Below are positions 39,999-54,198 of a stretch of 64,000 bases of DNA, in pieces. The notes below the pieces were generated by a model. That model was not told the DNA's origin, did no database searches, and worked only from the letters and a program-made list of their open reading frames with translations. The DNA lies in the NCBI RefSeq assembly GCF_026210795.1, contig NC_089436.1, positions 1,922,001 through 1,986,000 on the forward strand, given 5' to 3'. Within the stretch, counting starts at the first letter, position 1, and the number at the start of each line of letters is the position of its first letter. Both the position numbers and the translations under genes were made by a program. The stretch comes from Rhizophagus irregularis. Taxonomy: Eukaryota.

Positions 39999-42900
39999 AT
40001 GATGGACAACAATAAACATAATTTTTCCCCTCACCCCTCTCCCCTTATTAAATTTGGTCAATTAAATGTTAATGGTTTATGTTCCCCAGTTCGACAACAA
40101 CATTTGCTTAATTTTTTTCTTCACTCTTCTTTTGGTGCTTTATCTATTAATGATACGCGTCTTTCCCCTTCAAATGCTAAATTTATTTTTAAAAATGAAC
40201 ACTCCCAACATCACTTTAAGTCCTATTGGGCTTGTTCATCTTCTTCTTCTCGCCCTCATGATGGTGTTGGTATTTTGTTACGTAATCCCCTTCATAAACA
40301 TGTTCAAACGATTGATCCTTGGAACGGTCGACTTCTTAAATTAGACTTGTTCTTTCATCAAACTAAAATTTCTATTATTTCCATATATTATCCCCCCTCT
40401 GGTTCTGTTCATCAATCTATTTGCAATGATCTTATTGCCAAACTTCTTTCTTGGCTCGATTATGCTCGAGCTAATAATTATTTTGTAGTTATTCTTGGCG
40501 ACTTCAATGTTGATGCAATCGCTCATTCTAATTATTCATCTAATCATTTTAAGCTTCTTCGCTTGCTTTCTTCTCGGTTTTTTACTGATCATCAAAATTT
40601 CACTCCTCTACAAATGGTCCTGATCCCACCTTCTTTCATGATAATGGATCTTCTAGACTGGATTATATTTGGTCTTCACCTGGTTTTCCTGCCCCTGGTC
40701 TTTTTTCGCAAGTGGTTACTTGCCCGGATCTCCTTGATCGTCCTTTTACAGATCACAAAGTTCTTACAACTGTTTTTGACTTCAGTTCTTGCCTGGCTAT
40801 CTTGGCTAAATCTCGTCTTAAACAAAAAAAGGAAATGCGTACTATTTTCTCTTACGCTTCTACTTCAGTTGAACAATGGAATAATTTTACCACTGAAGTA
40901 GATGATTCTCTTGGAGTATATTTAGATAGACAATATCACCCCAATTTTGATTTCTCCTCTCTTTCTCTTGATCGTATGTGGCATGCATTGAAAGCTGCCA
41001 TAATTAGTGCTGCAATTGAAACCTTACCCTTTCAAAAAGTCTCCAATACACACCGACATTCGTACTCTCCGAATTAACTAAACTTATTGCTATTAACAAG
41101 TTTTTAGATCGATTTTTATATCGCCTTACTACTCGTCGTTCTAATCGGCCTACTCAAATTGCGCAAATGACTGCCGCTTTGCCCTCCCATCTTGAAAATC
41201 TTGTATCCTTACTTCCTGATTACTCAGTTCCTATCTATTCTACAACCCCTGCATCTGTATTTAAATCGTTTTTACGATCACAGAAGAATTTAGTTTCTGC
41301 CTTTTTATCTACTAAATTCGCCCAACACCTTACGGACTCAGTGGAATATTATACTGCATTACGTGATGAACACTTTTCGAACTCGCTCAGCACCTTTATC
41401 GATTCTGCCTTATCAGTAGAAAAACGTTCAATTGTTCTTGACCGTGTTTTGGTCATTTTGGACTCAACTCCTACTTTATTAACGGATCCTTCGGATATTA
41501 AACATGCGGCTGTCTCTCATTTTCAATCAATCGTTTCTCCTCCGTTGGTCCACTATTCTTCCATCACTTCATTTCCCGCCCGATGGCAACAAGCTTACAC
41601 TCCTTTTGCAAATGTGTCTGCTTCATTATATGATCCTGTTTTGGCGCCTATTTCCCTACAAGAATGGTCTGCTGTGCTTTCCTCCATGCCTAATAACAAA
41701 GCTTCCGGCCCTTCAAAAATTTCTTATGAGATGATTAAACACTTGTCCGGTGAAGCCTTGGATTTTTCTCTTTTACTTGCCAATACTTGCCTTTCTCGTG
41801 GTGATATTCCTGCTGACTGGCGTGAAGCTGTGGTTTATCCTATTCCTAAACCTCATGAATTTGATGCTCAACTTAAGAACACTCGACCTATTACTCTTCT
41901 GGAAACAGTTCGAAAATGTGTAGTTAAGGTCGTCACGAATCGTCTCTCCAACATTCTTGCTGATAATAAAATTCTCCAAGGTGGTAACTTTGCTGGCTTA
42001 CCTGGTGGTTCTACTGATGTCCCTATCAAAATGCTGGATGCGATTATCCATCAACATAAACATGACTCTACTGATGATCAGGAACTATGGATCGTTTCTC
42101 AAGATATCTCTAAAGCTTTTGATTCTATGGATTTAAATATGCTTAAATTAGCTTTAGATAGGTTACATATCCCTGCACTTTTAGTGCGATTTATTTTAAA
42201 TCTTTTTACACGACGCAATAATAAGATAATTACTTGTCATGGCGATACAGCTGCTTATAGAGTACGTGTTGGTATCGATCAAGGAGAAATCATTTCCCCT
42301 CTTCTTTGGGTTATTTACTTGGATCCCTTACTCACTGTTTTGAATCAAGAAGCACGAGATCCTTTTATTTTAAAATCTTCAGCTCTTTTAAATTACTCCC
42401 CACTTGAATTTGAACAACATTCTTTACCAATTTCACATTTAACGTTTATGGATGATTCTACACTTATTGCTTCCTCAAAATCTGGAATAGAAGACCGTCT
42501 TTCTATTACTGCTGAATTTTATACTTTAAATAATGTTCAAGCCAATTCAGCAAAATATGTTCTTCTTTCATCCTCTTCGCCTTCTTCGGAGATTACTTTT
42601 GAACTTTCACCTTCCCTTTTAATTTTTGATATATCTCTTTCCCTTTCTTCTTTACCTCTTAAAACTTCATTTCGTTTTTTAGGAGTTTGGTTTTCTTTGT
42701 CCGCCTCTTCTGATTTTGTTCTGAAACAAGCGCGCTCCATGGTTAAAGATATGGCTGCTCTCTTGGGACCGAAGAAATTATTAGCACAACATGTGGCCTA
42801 TCTCTATAATGCTGTCCTTCTTCCGCGATTGGAATTTCGTCTTCAAACTACCCTTTTCTCTGAAAGTACTATTCAATCAATAGTGAAGCCTATGTTTTCA

Positions 42901-45380
42901 GTACTTCGAAGAAAAGCTGGTCTTGCTGCGACTACCCCGTTGGCCTTATTATTTCTCAAACTTCCATTTTCGCTTCAGAATGCTTTTTACCGATTCCTTT
43001 CTTCCCATATCGCATCTTGGCAAAAAATTTTCACTCATCCTGATTTTAAAGATTTTGCCCTTTATGCTATTTCCTATCTTCAAGGATATTTGGGTGCCGA
43101 AAGTTGCCCGACTACTATTAACCTAGAACCATGGTCGCAAATTGTTTCTTTACGAACGCATACCTTGTTTAATTCGCTTTTGTTTTCTTCGCGTTTGAAC
43201 ATCACGTGGTCTTTCTCCTTCCGGCCTCTGAGGCGTGATCTACAGCCAGCTTTACCACTCCGTTCTATTCTACCACATTCCATTTTTCAGACAAGTTGGA
43301 AACTTTGGAAAAATCTGAATATATTTGTGCTTGCTCAATTGGTTTCGCCTTGTGGACGTTATCTTATGAATTGGCCTGACCTTCGGTACCTTGGCATCGT
43401 TGGTCGTAAAGGACGGATCCCTAATTGGTTTACTTTTATTAATAATAATTTTCTTTCTTCTTCTTCTTCTACTTTACTTTTATCTTCATATTTTATTAAT
43501 TCTTCTTTTACTTTAGCTTCTCCTTGTTTATTAGATCATACTGTTAAAGATTATTCTTTTTATCCTCAATGGGCTATTACTCTTGACTCTGCTACTCAAA
43601 CTTTATCTGTTGGTCGTGCGCGTATCACTTATAAGTAAACAAAACTCGGCTATTATGTCTCATTGGCTTCCTGTTTCTACTGCGGCGATGAACGATCCTA
43701 TAACCCTTGTCCTGTTGCGCTGTTAACATTCCTGCCTTATCCAAGAAATCTGCCATTAAACAGCGCCGTAACAGCGAAAAGTGTTTTTTCAATGTTACCC
43801 TATCAGAAACTGTGGGCTACCCTACCAGAAATGCCAAAGTTTTCGCGGCTTATCTTCCCATTACTCTATCTACTTCATGGAGTTATGCGACTTCCTTGGC
43901 TTTTGTTCATTTTTCAAACGCTTCTCCCGCTCTTTCTCCTCTTTTTATGGATAGAATCGATAGAATTGAAGACACTATTTTACCACTTTCGGTGCAATCT
44001 TTGTACACAGATGGTTCGTTCCATCCTGCCAATGATTCTTCGCCTTCTTCCATGACTTCTGCTTGGATTGCTCTTGATGATGATGGACTTGTTCTGGAAT
44101 CTTCTTCCATGCATCTCCCTTCTTACTTTCCTTCAGCTTTGCGTTCCGAAATTTCTGCTGTACTTTTAGGATTGAACGCCCTTTCCCGTGATTCATCAAT
44201 CTCTATTCATACTGATTGTAGTCAGTTAATTTCACTGTGGACACGGTTTGTTAATGCTCCTTTCTCACCGAAGTTGCTCCGGAACCTAATCATCTTCTTT
44301 GGCTTTCTATTCGACAACTTATCATGGATTGTAATCTTAATGTCGAATTGATTAAAGTCCCTGCTCATGGCGATGATATCTACAATATACAAGCGGATTC
44401 TTTGGCAAAAGATGCTCATTCGTCTTTACAACCCACTACTCTACTTTCAACATTTTGTTATGCTCCATGCTTGCTTGACTTTTAATTCCTTGCCTATTGA
44501 TGCGAATATTCGACATTTTCTCCGCTCTATTGCAGATGCTCGTGCTCTTTTATCTTTCTGTTCACTAGCACGTTTTACTGCTCTTGGTGCTCCTTCACTT
44601 TTTGATTGGGCTGGTATATATTTTTGCCTTTCACAAATTAAAGGTTTTGCTTCACATAGGAATGGTCGTCCTGAATTTTGGATCTTCCGCATTAAACTTC
44701 TTTTGGATATGTTGCCTACCTTAACTACTCTTCAACAACGTAAACCTTACTTATATTCTCCTGACTGGCTTTGTCCGCAATGTAATTCTGCTCCTGAAGA
44801 TTTGAATCATCTTTGGACTTGCCCTTATATTTTACCGGAATTGAATCCTTGTTTAACGCACCGGTCTGAAGTCATTAAATTTAGAGATTCTTGTTTATCT
44901 TCTTTCCTATCCTTGAAATCTTTGGATAATTCCTTTCGTACCGATTTCTTTGCTTTGGATTGCTGGAACTATGAAGCTCCCTCTTCATCCTGTCTTTGGC
45001 TTACTCGAGGATTATTGCCTGCGCATTTAACGGCATTTTTGAACCAATATTTTCCTCTACATGTTATATACGAAGATTATTTATCCATGCTTAATGACTT
45101 AGTCGAATTATATGGTGAAATTTGGCTGTGTCGGAATGTTCTTTTCCATGCTTGGGAGGAGTCGCAGGGTATTTCGGCTGCTTCCAAATTACGTGGCCCA
45201 TCTACAAATTCTTTCCCTTATACTACTCCACAACATCATAACTCTTCTTTGGCGTCAGTTTCTCAGGATACCTGGATTTCTTGGATATCCTCTTCTATAA
45301 TTCGGGGTGGATCATGGATCTCGCACTTGGATTTTCTGCGCCGCTTAACAGTTCAACCTCTTAGGGTCTCTTTCTGGTAA
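39999..45380 (+). pseudogene. LINE ORF2 (APE endonuclease, reverse transcriptase, RNase H, zinc finger), with a few frameshifts
   Basis: APE: LNVNGL, GVGIL, ILGDFN, SRLDYIW, TDH. RT: KASGPSKISYE, RPITLLE, DISKAFDS, QGEIISPLLW, FMDD, FRFLGV. RNase H: LYTDGS, RSEISA, IHTDC, KVPAH...NIQADSLAK. Zinc finger CPQCNSAPEDLNHLWTC. Confidence 0.93.
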
Positions 45381-47117
45381 CCGGATTGGATTTTTGGACG
45401 TTGGATAGTTGACTCGCACTGGCGGCTTCGGGTAAAGTTGGGGTATGCGATTCTGTAATAGTTCAGTTTTTCTTTGCTTTAATTTTATTTTAGTTTAGAT
45501 TTCTTTACTTGTATGAGTCGTGAAGCTACTCTTTTTATTTTTTATTAGTTTATTTTCTTATTTTTGTAATATTGTTCGATCATTTTCGAAATTTAAAGTA
45601 TAAATAAAAGATAAAGTCATAAGACTGTTTGCACAGGAAAAGGATAAAACTACCACCATTCGATTCGTCTCAGTGAGACGATTCTAACAAGCTATGATAC
45701 ATCTTTGTACGATTATTAGATGCCAAGTTATTTAATATATTCTTTATATAACTGTGATTATAAACGGTTCTTTTTAATATAAGATTTTTGAGGATAGGTG
45801 TGATAGTGACTATAGATAGATTGTGACTATATAGGATAGATTTTAATAATAAAGTGTTTTGAACATTCAACTGGTGTGACTATATAGTAGAATGTGACTA
45901 TAACGGGAGTGACTATAGAGGGAGTTGACTGTATTACTATAAATGAAGGATCATCTTTTTGCATTATAAATAATTTGTTTAAAAGTGTAGTCCCATCACT
46001 TCCTGAATTACCAAATTCTCTCTTGATTTTTTGGATATAGTTTAATAAATCTTGTGACAACATAAATTGATTAGAAAATTTTGGTTTTAATAATGATTTA
46101 ATAGTAGGTAAATCTATAACACCACATTTAACATACTAGTGTTCAATATCAGACTTAATATCTTCTGAAAGACCATGAAATTGAGGAGCAAATAAAGTAT
46201 TATCAGGCAATAATTCATAATTATGTGTATTGACAAACTTTGTAATCTTTACATAGTTAACATTTAAAGGCTGAGAAAGGTTAATATGCCAAGAGCATTT
46301 TGTTTTCTTTGATCCTTTATTACTAATCATAATTTTATTGTTATCTCTAATTTTACCTGAATGTTCACAATCAATACATCTTAATCTAATACTGCCATCA
46401 TTGTTTTTTTCAACCCTTTTTTTTCTAACAGAAAATCCATTAAACCGTCCAAATTCAATACAATAATGAATAGCTATTTCAAAATTTGGAAAATTCATTC
46501 CTTTAGCTAAGGTAAGACATGACTGAAGGTGTGGAATAGCTTCACCATACTGAATTAAATTAGTACCTTCAATATTAAGTGGAGCTGTATATAAAAATAT
46601 AAAAAATGTAATTAATCTTTGTTATGTGGATTTTAGTAATAAAAGTAAGATACTTACGTAAAGAAGCCATTTAATTAGAGGATGGCTATGTATTATCTAA
46701 TGGTAAACTCATTGTAATCGATGGATAATTTGATATATTATTAAACAAATGTAGTTGTATTAAAACTTTTAAAAAAGGGCTCCATTATAATTTATAATTT
46801 AGGAGAAAGAGGAAAGTTAAAAAAAAGTTTTGTGAAAAAAAGTTTATTTGATTAGTAATAAATCGATATGGTAATCATATAAATGTGATAAATCACAAGA
46901 TCAGGTGATAACATGTAACCTGTGATGGATTTCACATAAGTGATGTATATATTTTTTCTTTAATTAAAATTACTTTGAAAAAATATTTCACAATATTTTT
47001 TTGTTAAATTAATTTAAAATATTACAAAAACATTTTTTTAATTAAAATTACTTTGAAAAATGTTTTACAATGTTTTTTCATTAAATTAATTATAGAAATA
47101 TTGCAAAAACAATAATA

Positions 47118-48077
47118 CAGTCAACTCTCTTTATAGTCACACATTTGGGACAGTCCATATTTGGTGATTATAAAGAGATGTGACTATATAAAAAATTTCT
47201 TATATTTGTATATCATAATTCCGGCCAAAAATTAACATAATTTTAGTCAGAATTATACTTAAAACTTTATTGTATCGTAACTTCGCCAATATTAATCGTA
47301 GAGAGATGATCTTACTGCCATTCGATTCGTCTTGATGAGACGGTTCTAATGGTATAAAATACGTCGAAATCCAATTACTAGATTAATTTCCGAAATTAAA
47401 AAATATTAATGGTTTTTGTGTAATAACTCTGTCAATATTGATCCTAGAAAGACGATCTTACTACCATTCGATTCGTCTTGATGAGACGAATCTAATGGTA
47501 TAAGATACATCGAAATCCAATCACTAGATCAATTTCCGAAATTAAAAAATATTAAATGGTTTTTAAGTAATAACTCCGTCAATATTGATCACAGAGAGAT
47601 GAGCTTACCACCATTCGATTCGTCTCGATGAGGCGATTCCAACGAGCTATAAATCGTCTTTTTACAATCACTAGGTACCGAGAAATCTAGCAAAATGTTA
47701 AATGGCGCAGTAAACGTAAATCAAGAAATATTATAATGCCGATGTTTAACATTTTGTCGAATAACTCATCAGCCAGTGATCGGAAAAGGATAAAACTACC
47801 ACCATTCGATTCGTCTCAGTGAGACAATTCTAACAAGCTATGATACATCTTTGTACGATTATTAGATGCCAAGTTATTTAATATATTCTTTATATAACTG
47901 TGATTATAAACGGTTCTTTTTAATATAAGATTTTTGAGAATAGGTGTGATAGTGACTATAGATAGATTGTGACTATATAGGATAGATTTTAATAATAAAG
48001 TGTTTTGAACATTTAACTGGTGTGACTATATAGTAGAATGTGACTATAACGGGAGTGACTATAGAGGGAGTTGACTG
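47118..48077. mobile_element. Intact Tc1/mariner-type MITE, 960 bp
   Basis: TIR cagtcaactc.../...gagttgactg, TA TSD, and internal ~120-bp repeats containing ccattcgattcgtcttgatgagacg. Confidence 0.93.
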
Positions 48078-48404
48078 TATATTAAAAAAAAAACATTTTG
48101 CAACATTTTTTTATTTATCGCCATTTTCAAATTAGTGCGATCAGCTGATTGTATAACCATATGGAAATCTAATTTGATTTTCTTGATTTCCCCTATATTT
48201 TTATGAACACCTCCAACAAAACTTTTTTGCTAGGCCTTTCCTATGATTACCTGTAGATTTTTCAACGTTTTTACAGTAAACTAGACGTTTACAAACTTTC
48301 AGGTATGGTATTTTTCAAATAAAGGCTAGTATTCAAACTATAAAGTTATGAAGATTTTCTAATTGATTTCCTTACATTTTTTTTTCTTTTTTTATGTAGT
48401 TTCA

Positions 48405-49175
48405 ATGACCAAAACTTTAACTGAGGATCTCAAGTGACATGTAATTCTCTTATATAGTGATGGATATTCAAAAAAAAGAAATAGCAAAACTACTTTATAT
48501 TGGAAAAATACTAGTTAACAAAGTTATTCATATATATGCAAAGTGGGAATGTGTTATAAATTCGTAGGCATATGCTTAACTAACAAAAAAAGGTTTTTAG
48601 TAGTAGTGATATGAATGTAAGAATGATTTGGGATAGTAAAATTGAACTAAATCATACTATCTATTTGTGATAGAATACATACTAATAACTATATTATATA
48701 TTAGATATTACATGAAATTGTACGTGAATATGTTGATTACTATTTTATGAAGAAATGCAAATACGAACTGGTAAACGTGTTTTTGTTCTAACTTTATGGA
48801 GATCATTGGTATATTGTGGTATTACTCGTAAAAAAGTAAAAGCTTTAAATTTTTTCTAATATAATATTGAAGTAAACTAATTCAATTTATCATTATTTAG
48901 TTGCATAAAGCTGCTTTTGAAAGAAACAAGTTATTACGAAATGCATTTATTGCAACTATAAGTCATTTAATATAAAACTAATCAATTGGTATTTATAGAT
49001 GAATCATCAAAAGATGATTGTACTTTAACGCATTTATATGATTATTCTAAAGTAAATTCAAAAGTATTTAAAAAAATAGTTTTTGTTCAAAGTAAAAGAT
49101 ATACTTTTTTACCTGCACTAACAGAATAAGGTATAATTGCTATAAATATTATGAAAGGTAGTTGTACGAAACAAA
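48405..49175 (+). pseudogene. IS630/Tc1-like transposase remnant (HTH and first half of the DDE domain)
   Basis: IAKLLYIGKILVNKVI, TLWRSLVYCGITRKK|LHKAAFERN, LVFIDESSKD and KRYTFLPAL, with introns, stops and a 3' truncation. Confidence 0.8.
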
Positions 49176-49685
49176 GAGAATCATTATATTATAAGGCTTT
49201 ATTATATGCTTTCATTACTTTCTAAATAAATAAAAAAAGAAAGGTTATATTATATTTGTATATTTTTATATTATTATATACTCTTCATTTTCTTTTCCAA
49301 TAAATTGGTTTTATATATATTGTCTTGCTTTTCCTAATGTTATTGAAAAAATTTTTATTATTAAATATTAAATATTATATATAATATATATAATTAATAA
49401 TTAGTAAAAAACTCTTTTTGGTTGATTTTATGCTCTTCAATTTTCTGAAATTTTAAAAGTTTAAAAAATGGCTTTTTGTTACTAAATTAGTACTAAACTA
49501 CTTAAAAAACACATATTTTTGTTTGCAAAAATAGAACTCTTAATCTTTTATTCATAATATTTATAAAAAAATCCTGGGTTTTTAAATAAAACTTTTAAAT
49601 TTTATTAAGCTATTAAATTTAAAAATAAAGAATAAGTTGATTGTTTTTTTGGTATTAAGAAATAAATTTTACAAGCATTTAAATA

Positions 49686-49840
49686 CAGTCAACTCACTTT
49701 ATAATTACACCTCTCAGAACTGAAAAAAAAGTGTAATTATAATATATTTATTAGTACATTAAACCAAAATATAGTGGCTTATAAAGGGGAATTTTATATG
49801 ATGTAATTATATAAAAAGTAACTATATAGGGAGTTAATTG
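49686..49840. mobile_element. Short degenerate MITE of the cagtcaactc family
   Basis: ta|cagtcaactcactttata ... tatagggagttaattg|ta. Confidence 0.7.
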
Positions 49841-50506
49841 TATATCATTAACAATTATTTTAATTTTTTACATTTTAATTACTTAGAAATTGTGCAATTT
49901 AATTGTCTACAATTATAACTATAAATAATAGCACCATGTGTTTTTGGGATATTTTTAAAATGTTTTAGAAAAACATAAGATTTAGAGTTATATTTATTAT
50001 GATTATATATACTAAATAATGTGTTAATTAGTACATCATATTAATATGTTATGATTTGCATAATTTTGCCAAATTAAAGTAGCCAGATATTTTTAATTGG
50101 CATTTGTGCATTGATAATTTGCAGGATTATTACTTATATATATATATATTTCATCTTTGCTAAAAGGCTAGATCAGATATTGTAACATTTTTAAATAGCA
50201 AAAAAGAGGTTGTTAAATATAATACCTATTATTATATTACTATATGGTAATATTATTATAAATTTATTTGTAACTTCTTTTTGAAATTTTACTGATTTTA
50301 TTAGCAGGATTTTTATCAATGTAAAAGTATCAGACTTGACCCTTCTGGTGGTATCATCTTGATTCCCCTTATTGTAAAATATATTAGACAGGTCAAGTTA
50401 GTACCACATGATGGATCAAGAATGATACATTTGCTTCTGTAGTCATCAAGAATTTGATTTCCAGGATTAGGATTAGATGAACCTAAAATTGCCTCCAAAA
50501 AAAATG

Positions 50507-50797
50507 GTAGTCAGATTCATTTTACTGGTTCTTTAGAATTAGAGTTAGGGCATATCGGCGGATTTGTTTCATCACATGTCAGCCGAACATAGTAAATTAA
50601 TTAGAGAATTGGGTTTTCCCATTTCTATAATAAATTTGTTATAGCAAATGACATGTGATAAAACAAATCCGCTGATATGGATAGATTTAGGTTTAGAGTA
50701 AGGGATTTGGTTAGTATAGGTAAGAGGTTTAGGTTAGTTAATTGTCACATATATTATATTATATGTAACCCGGCAAATGAATGATGAATCCGGCTAC
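50507..50797. mobile_element. Degenerate MITE with an internal ~31-bp inverted repeat (50551-50679)
   Basis: Ends gtagtcagattcat/atgaatccggctac. Inner inverted repeat catatcggcggatttgtttcatcacatgtca / tgacatgtgataaaacaaatccgctgatatg. Confidence 0.55.
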
Positions 50798-51665
50798 GGA
50801 TTAGCGTAATAAGATTTGCAATTATATTGAGAAATTACGTGTATTTTTTAATCTGATCATCTTTATTTGTATTACCAGTTTACCACAAGATTGTGCGATA
50901 TCAAGAATTAGATATTATTGTAAAATAACTAAAATAACTGAATCAACGGATTACTTAGTTATTATCGAGGATATCGAGGATACATATTACTCGTATTATT
51001 CACAATACCCCCTATTGTTTTGTATGGACTAGATTTAGGTGGTTGATAGTTGATCTTTTAGCCAATCAATGTCAGAACTTTTTTTTACGGCTTAGAACCT
51101 CGCACAGCCTCTTTTCAGTCAATAAAAAAAATAGAAATTACTTTTTTTTTCTTTTTTTTGCGTGGCTTTCATTTTTTTTAAATAAATTTTCAAAGCTCCT
51201 GCAGTAAAATTGGGTCAAGGAAAGATTAATTTAAATTACGAGGTTGACATAATCCAATTACGATATGTACAACATGTAATGAGATAAAGTTTTACTCATC
51301 TTAGATATAATTTTTTTCTACTTTAAGTGTAACAAACCTCGACTTGGCCACATCCTTCTATTTTTTTTTAAAGGAGACGATTTTAACGTTTTTCCGTTAT
51401 CGTTTCGAACAAGAGAATAAAATTTTAGACATTTTTTAATGTCACACAAATGTATTAAGAAGTAAGAAATGTTTGTGTTTAGCAATCAAACTTTGTAAGA
51501 CATGGAAGTTTCCACACTAACTGTGAATAACGATTACACAGTTATTTTTTTTGGACAAATTTTTATAAATGCAATAAATTATAAATAACAGTTAATTATT
51601 AATAAGGTTTGATTTTGAAAAACTCTTTTTCAGAAATCTTTTTTTTTTTCAAAAAAATTTTTTAA

Positions 51666-52335
51666 ATGAATTATCAACAATTTATCATAAAAGCAATGAA
51701 CTACGATCATGGTGGTAGTCATGATAGCGATGCATGTAATATGCAGGTACTTTATTTTTAATAAGTAAATTTCATTTTTTTTTAAAAAAATCTAATTAAC
51801 CAACTTTGATTTCGTTGTTAGATGCTTTTTAATTGGGATACAGAAAAACTTTGTATCATTTTTACTTGGTGGCGCGTAAATAGTATTGGTTTTCTTATTT
51901 TATCTTGTTTCATTATAATTCTTCTCGCAACTAGTTTTGAATTCTTAAGATTTGCATTGAGAAAATACGATACAAAAATACAAGTTTCATATTCACAATT
52001 ACAAGAAGGAAGGGATGCTAATTCTGAAGAAGTTGCCACACAAAGTAATGCAAACAGGTAAATGAATGTATATATTTATATATGCATATAATTTAAACAA
52101 AATCACTTTCTAAATTAAAAAATTTTATTAATTTAATAGAATAACTTACGTACAACAATTAGTTCGTACGTTAATTCATACATCTCAAGTATTTTTATCA
52201 TTTTTTCTTATGTTAGTTTTTATGACTTATAATGGATTCTTGATGATTAGTGTAATAATTGGTGCTGCTATTGGTTACTTTGTTTTTTCAAGTAGTGTAA
52301 TAGATTTTGGGGGTAAATCAATAACTTGCCATTAA
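51666..52335 (+). CDS. CTR2: Ctr-family copper transporter, CTR2-like (exons 51666-51746, 51822-52057, 52140-52335)
   Basis: CNMQ|MLFNW, the MxxxM motif (MLVFMTYNG), GxxxG (GAAIGY) and a C-terminal CH. Confidence 0.9.
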
Positions 52336-52632
52336 ATTATTAAGTCTAAAGAGTTTTTATTCTATTATTGAGCTTGTAAATGTTATCTGTTTAAGAGAAA
52401 TAGTTTATGTATGTTAAATTTATTATTACTTTTTTTTCTATTACTTTTCTGATTTTAAATAAATTCTCACGGTTGTTTATACGTCATTGACATATGAGAA
52501 TATTACGAAATGCTTTCTTGAAAAAGAAAAGAAGTCCCTTACCTTAAACTTTATTGTATGAGTCACGTGCTACTGTTATCTCCTGATAAGGAATGACGAC
52601 GATCTATCTAAACTTTAATCATTTCTTTAAAC

Positions 52633-53713
<1,081 letters not shown>

Positions 53714-53946
53714 ATATTAAATTGTTTACTGTTGAATTAATATTTAACTAGATTGGGATTAATAATTAATAGCAATTTAATTAGTGAATAATATATCTTA
53801 GATTAGTTAAATAATGTAAATAAAAGTAATCACAATATGAATTTCAAATAATTTATCAATTAATGTTATAGCAATATTGGTTTTTCTCTATAAAAAGATT
53901 ACAATAGATTTGACATTCACGTTGTTGAGGAAAAAGATGTACTGTA

Positions 53947-54198
53947 TATAGTTGGGTGCCGAAACATTTCGACATATGCAATTGCCGAAACTATTGCCGA
54001 AATCCCAAACTATTAGACCATTACTAAATCTAGATTTAGGTTAAATTTTCAGTAAAATTAGGATTTTGGAAATGGCTTAGGATATTAGCAATGGGTTTAG
54101 GTTTTCAGATTTGGCAACTATATAAACTAAAAGCTGAACTATTTTCAGTATATGGTCAATAAGTTTCGGCATATGAAGAGTTTCGGCACCCAACTATA
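53947..54198. mobile_element. hAT-type MITE, 252 bp, downstream of BUD32
   Basis: TIR tatagttgggtgccgaaac/gtttcggcacccaactata and perfect 8-bp TSD gtactgta. Confidence 0.9.

Larger units (their letters stand above)
37783..45635 (+). mobile_element. Full-length non-LTR retrotransposon (LINE), 7.85 kb
   Basis: 17-bp TSD ggaaaaggataaaacta (37766-37782, 45636-45652). The empty site is visible in the sister MITE near 47782. Confidence 0.95.
37101..45931. mobile_element. Tc1/mariner-type MITE (~960 bp of its own sequence) split by the full-length LINE
   Basis: TIR cagtcaactc(t/c)ct(t/c)tatagtcac and TA TSD (37099-37100, 45932-45933). Colinear with the intact copy at 47118-48077. Confidence 0.93.
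29072..46680 (-). pseudogene. FAR1-related MULE transposase in three pieces (about 46680-45934, 37098-36793, 30722-29072)
   Basis: FAR1 DNA-binding domain (FSVRKKRVEK...C...SKKTKCSWHINL...NTHN), IFWMT, PLSLFVIVD, IITNVDPAMIGA, HCIFHIHQNL, TAGMQSTQRIEGLN, SWIM finger CTCLLLANSGVICRH and KGRP...CKEIGHNARTC. The reading resumes across both insertions. Confidence 0.88.
25612..48122 (-). mobile_element. Dead FAR1/MULE (Mutator-like) transposon hosting multiple nested insertions
   Basis: Related AT-rich terminal repeats (aaaatattgcaaaaa/attaaaattactttgaaaaa) at 25612-25770, 46950-47115 and 48080-48122 enclose the transposase fragments. The exact left end is obscured. Confidence 0.7.

Noticed and set aside
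37925..45380. Programmed ribosomal frameshifting in the LINE
   Set aside because: The shifts are numerous, scattered and lack consistent slippery sites. Decay or long-read indel errors are more likely and cannot be separated without reads.
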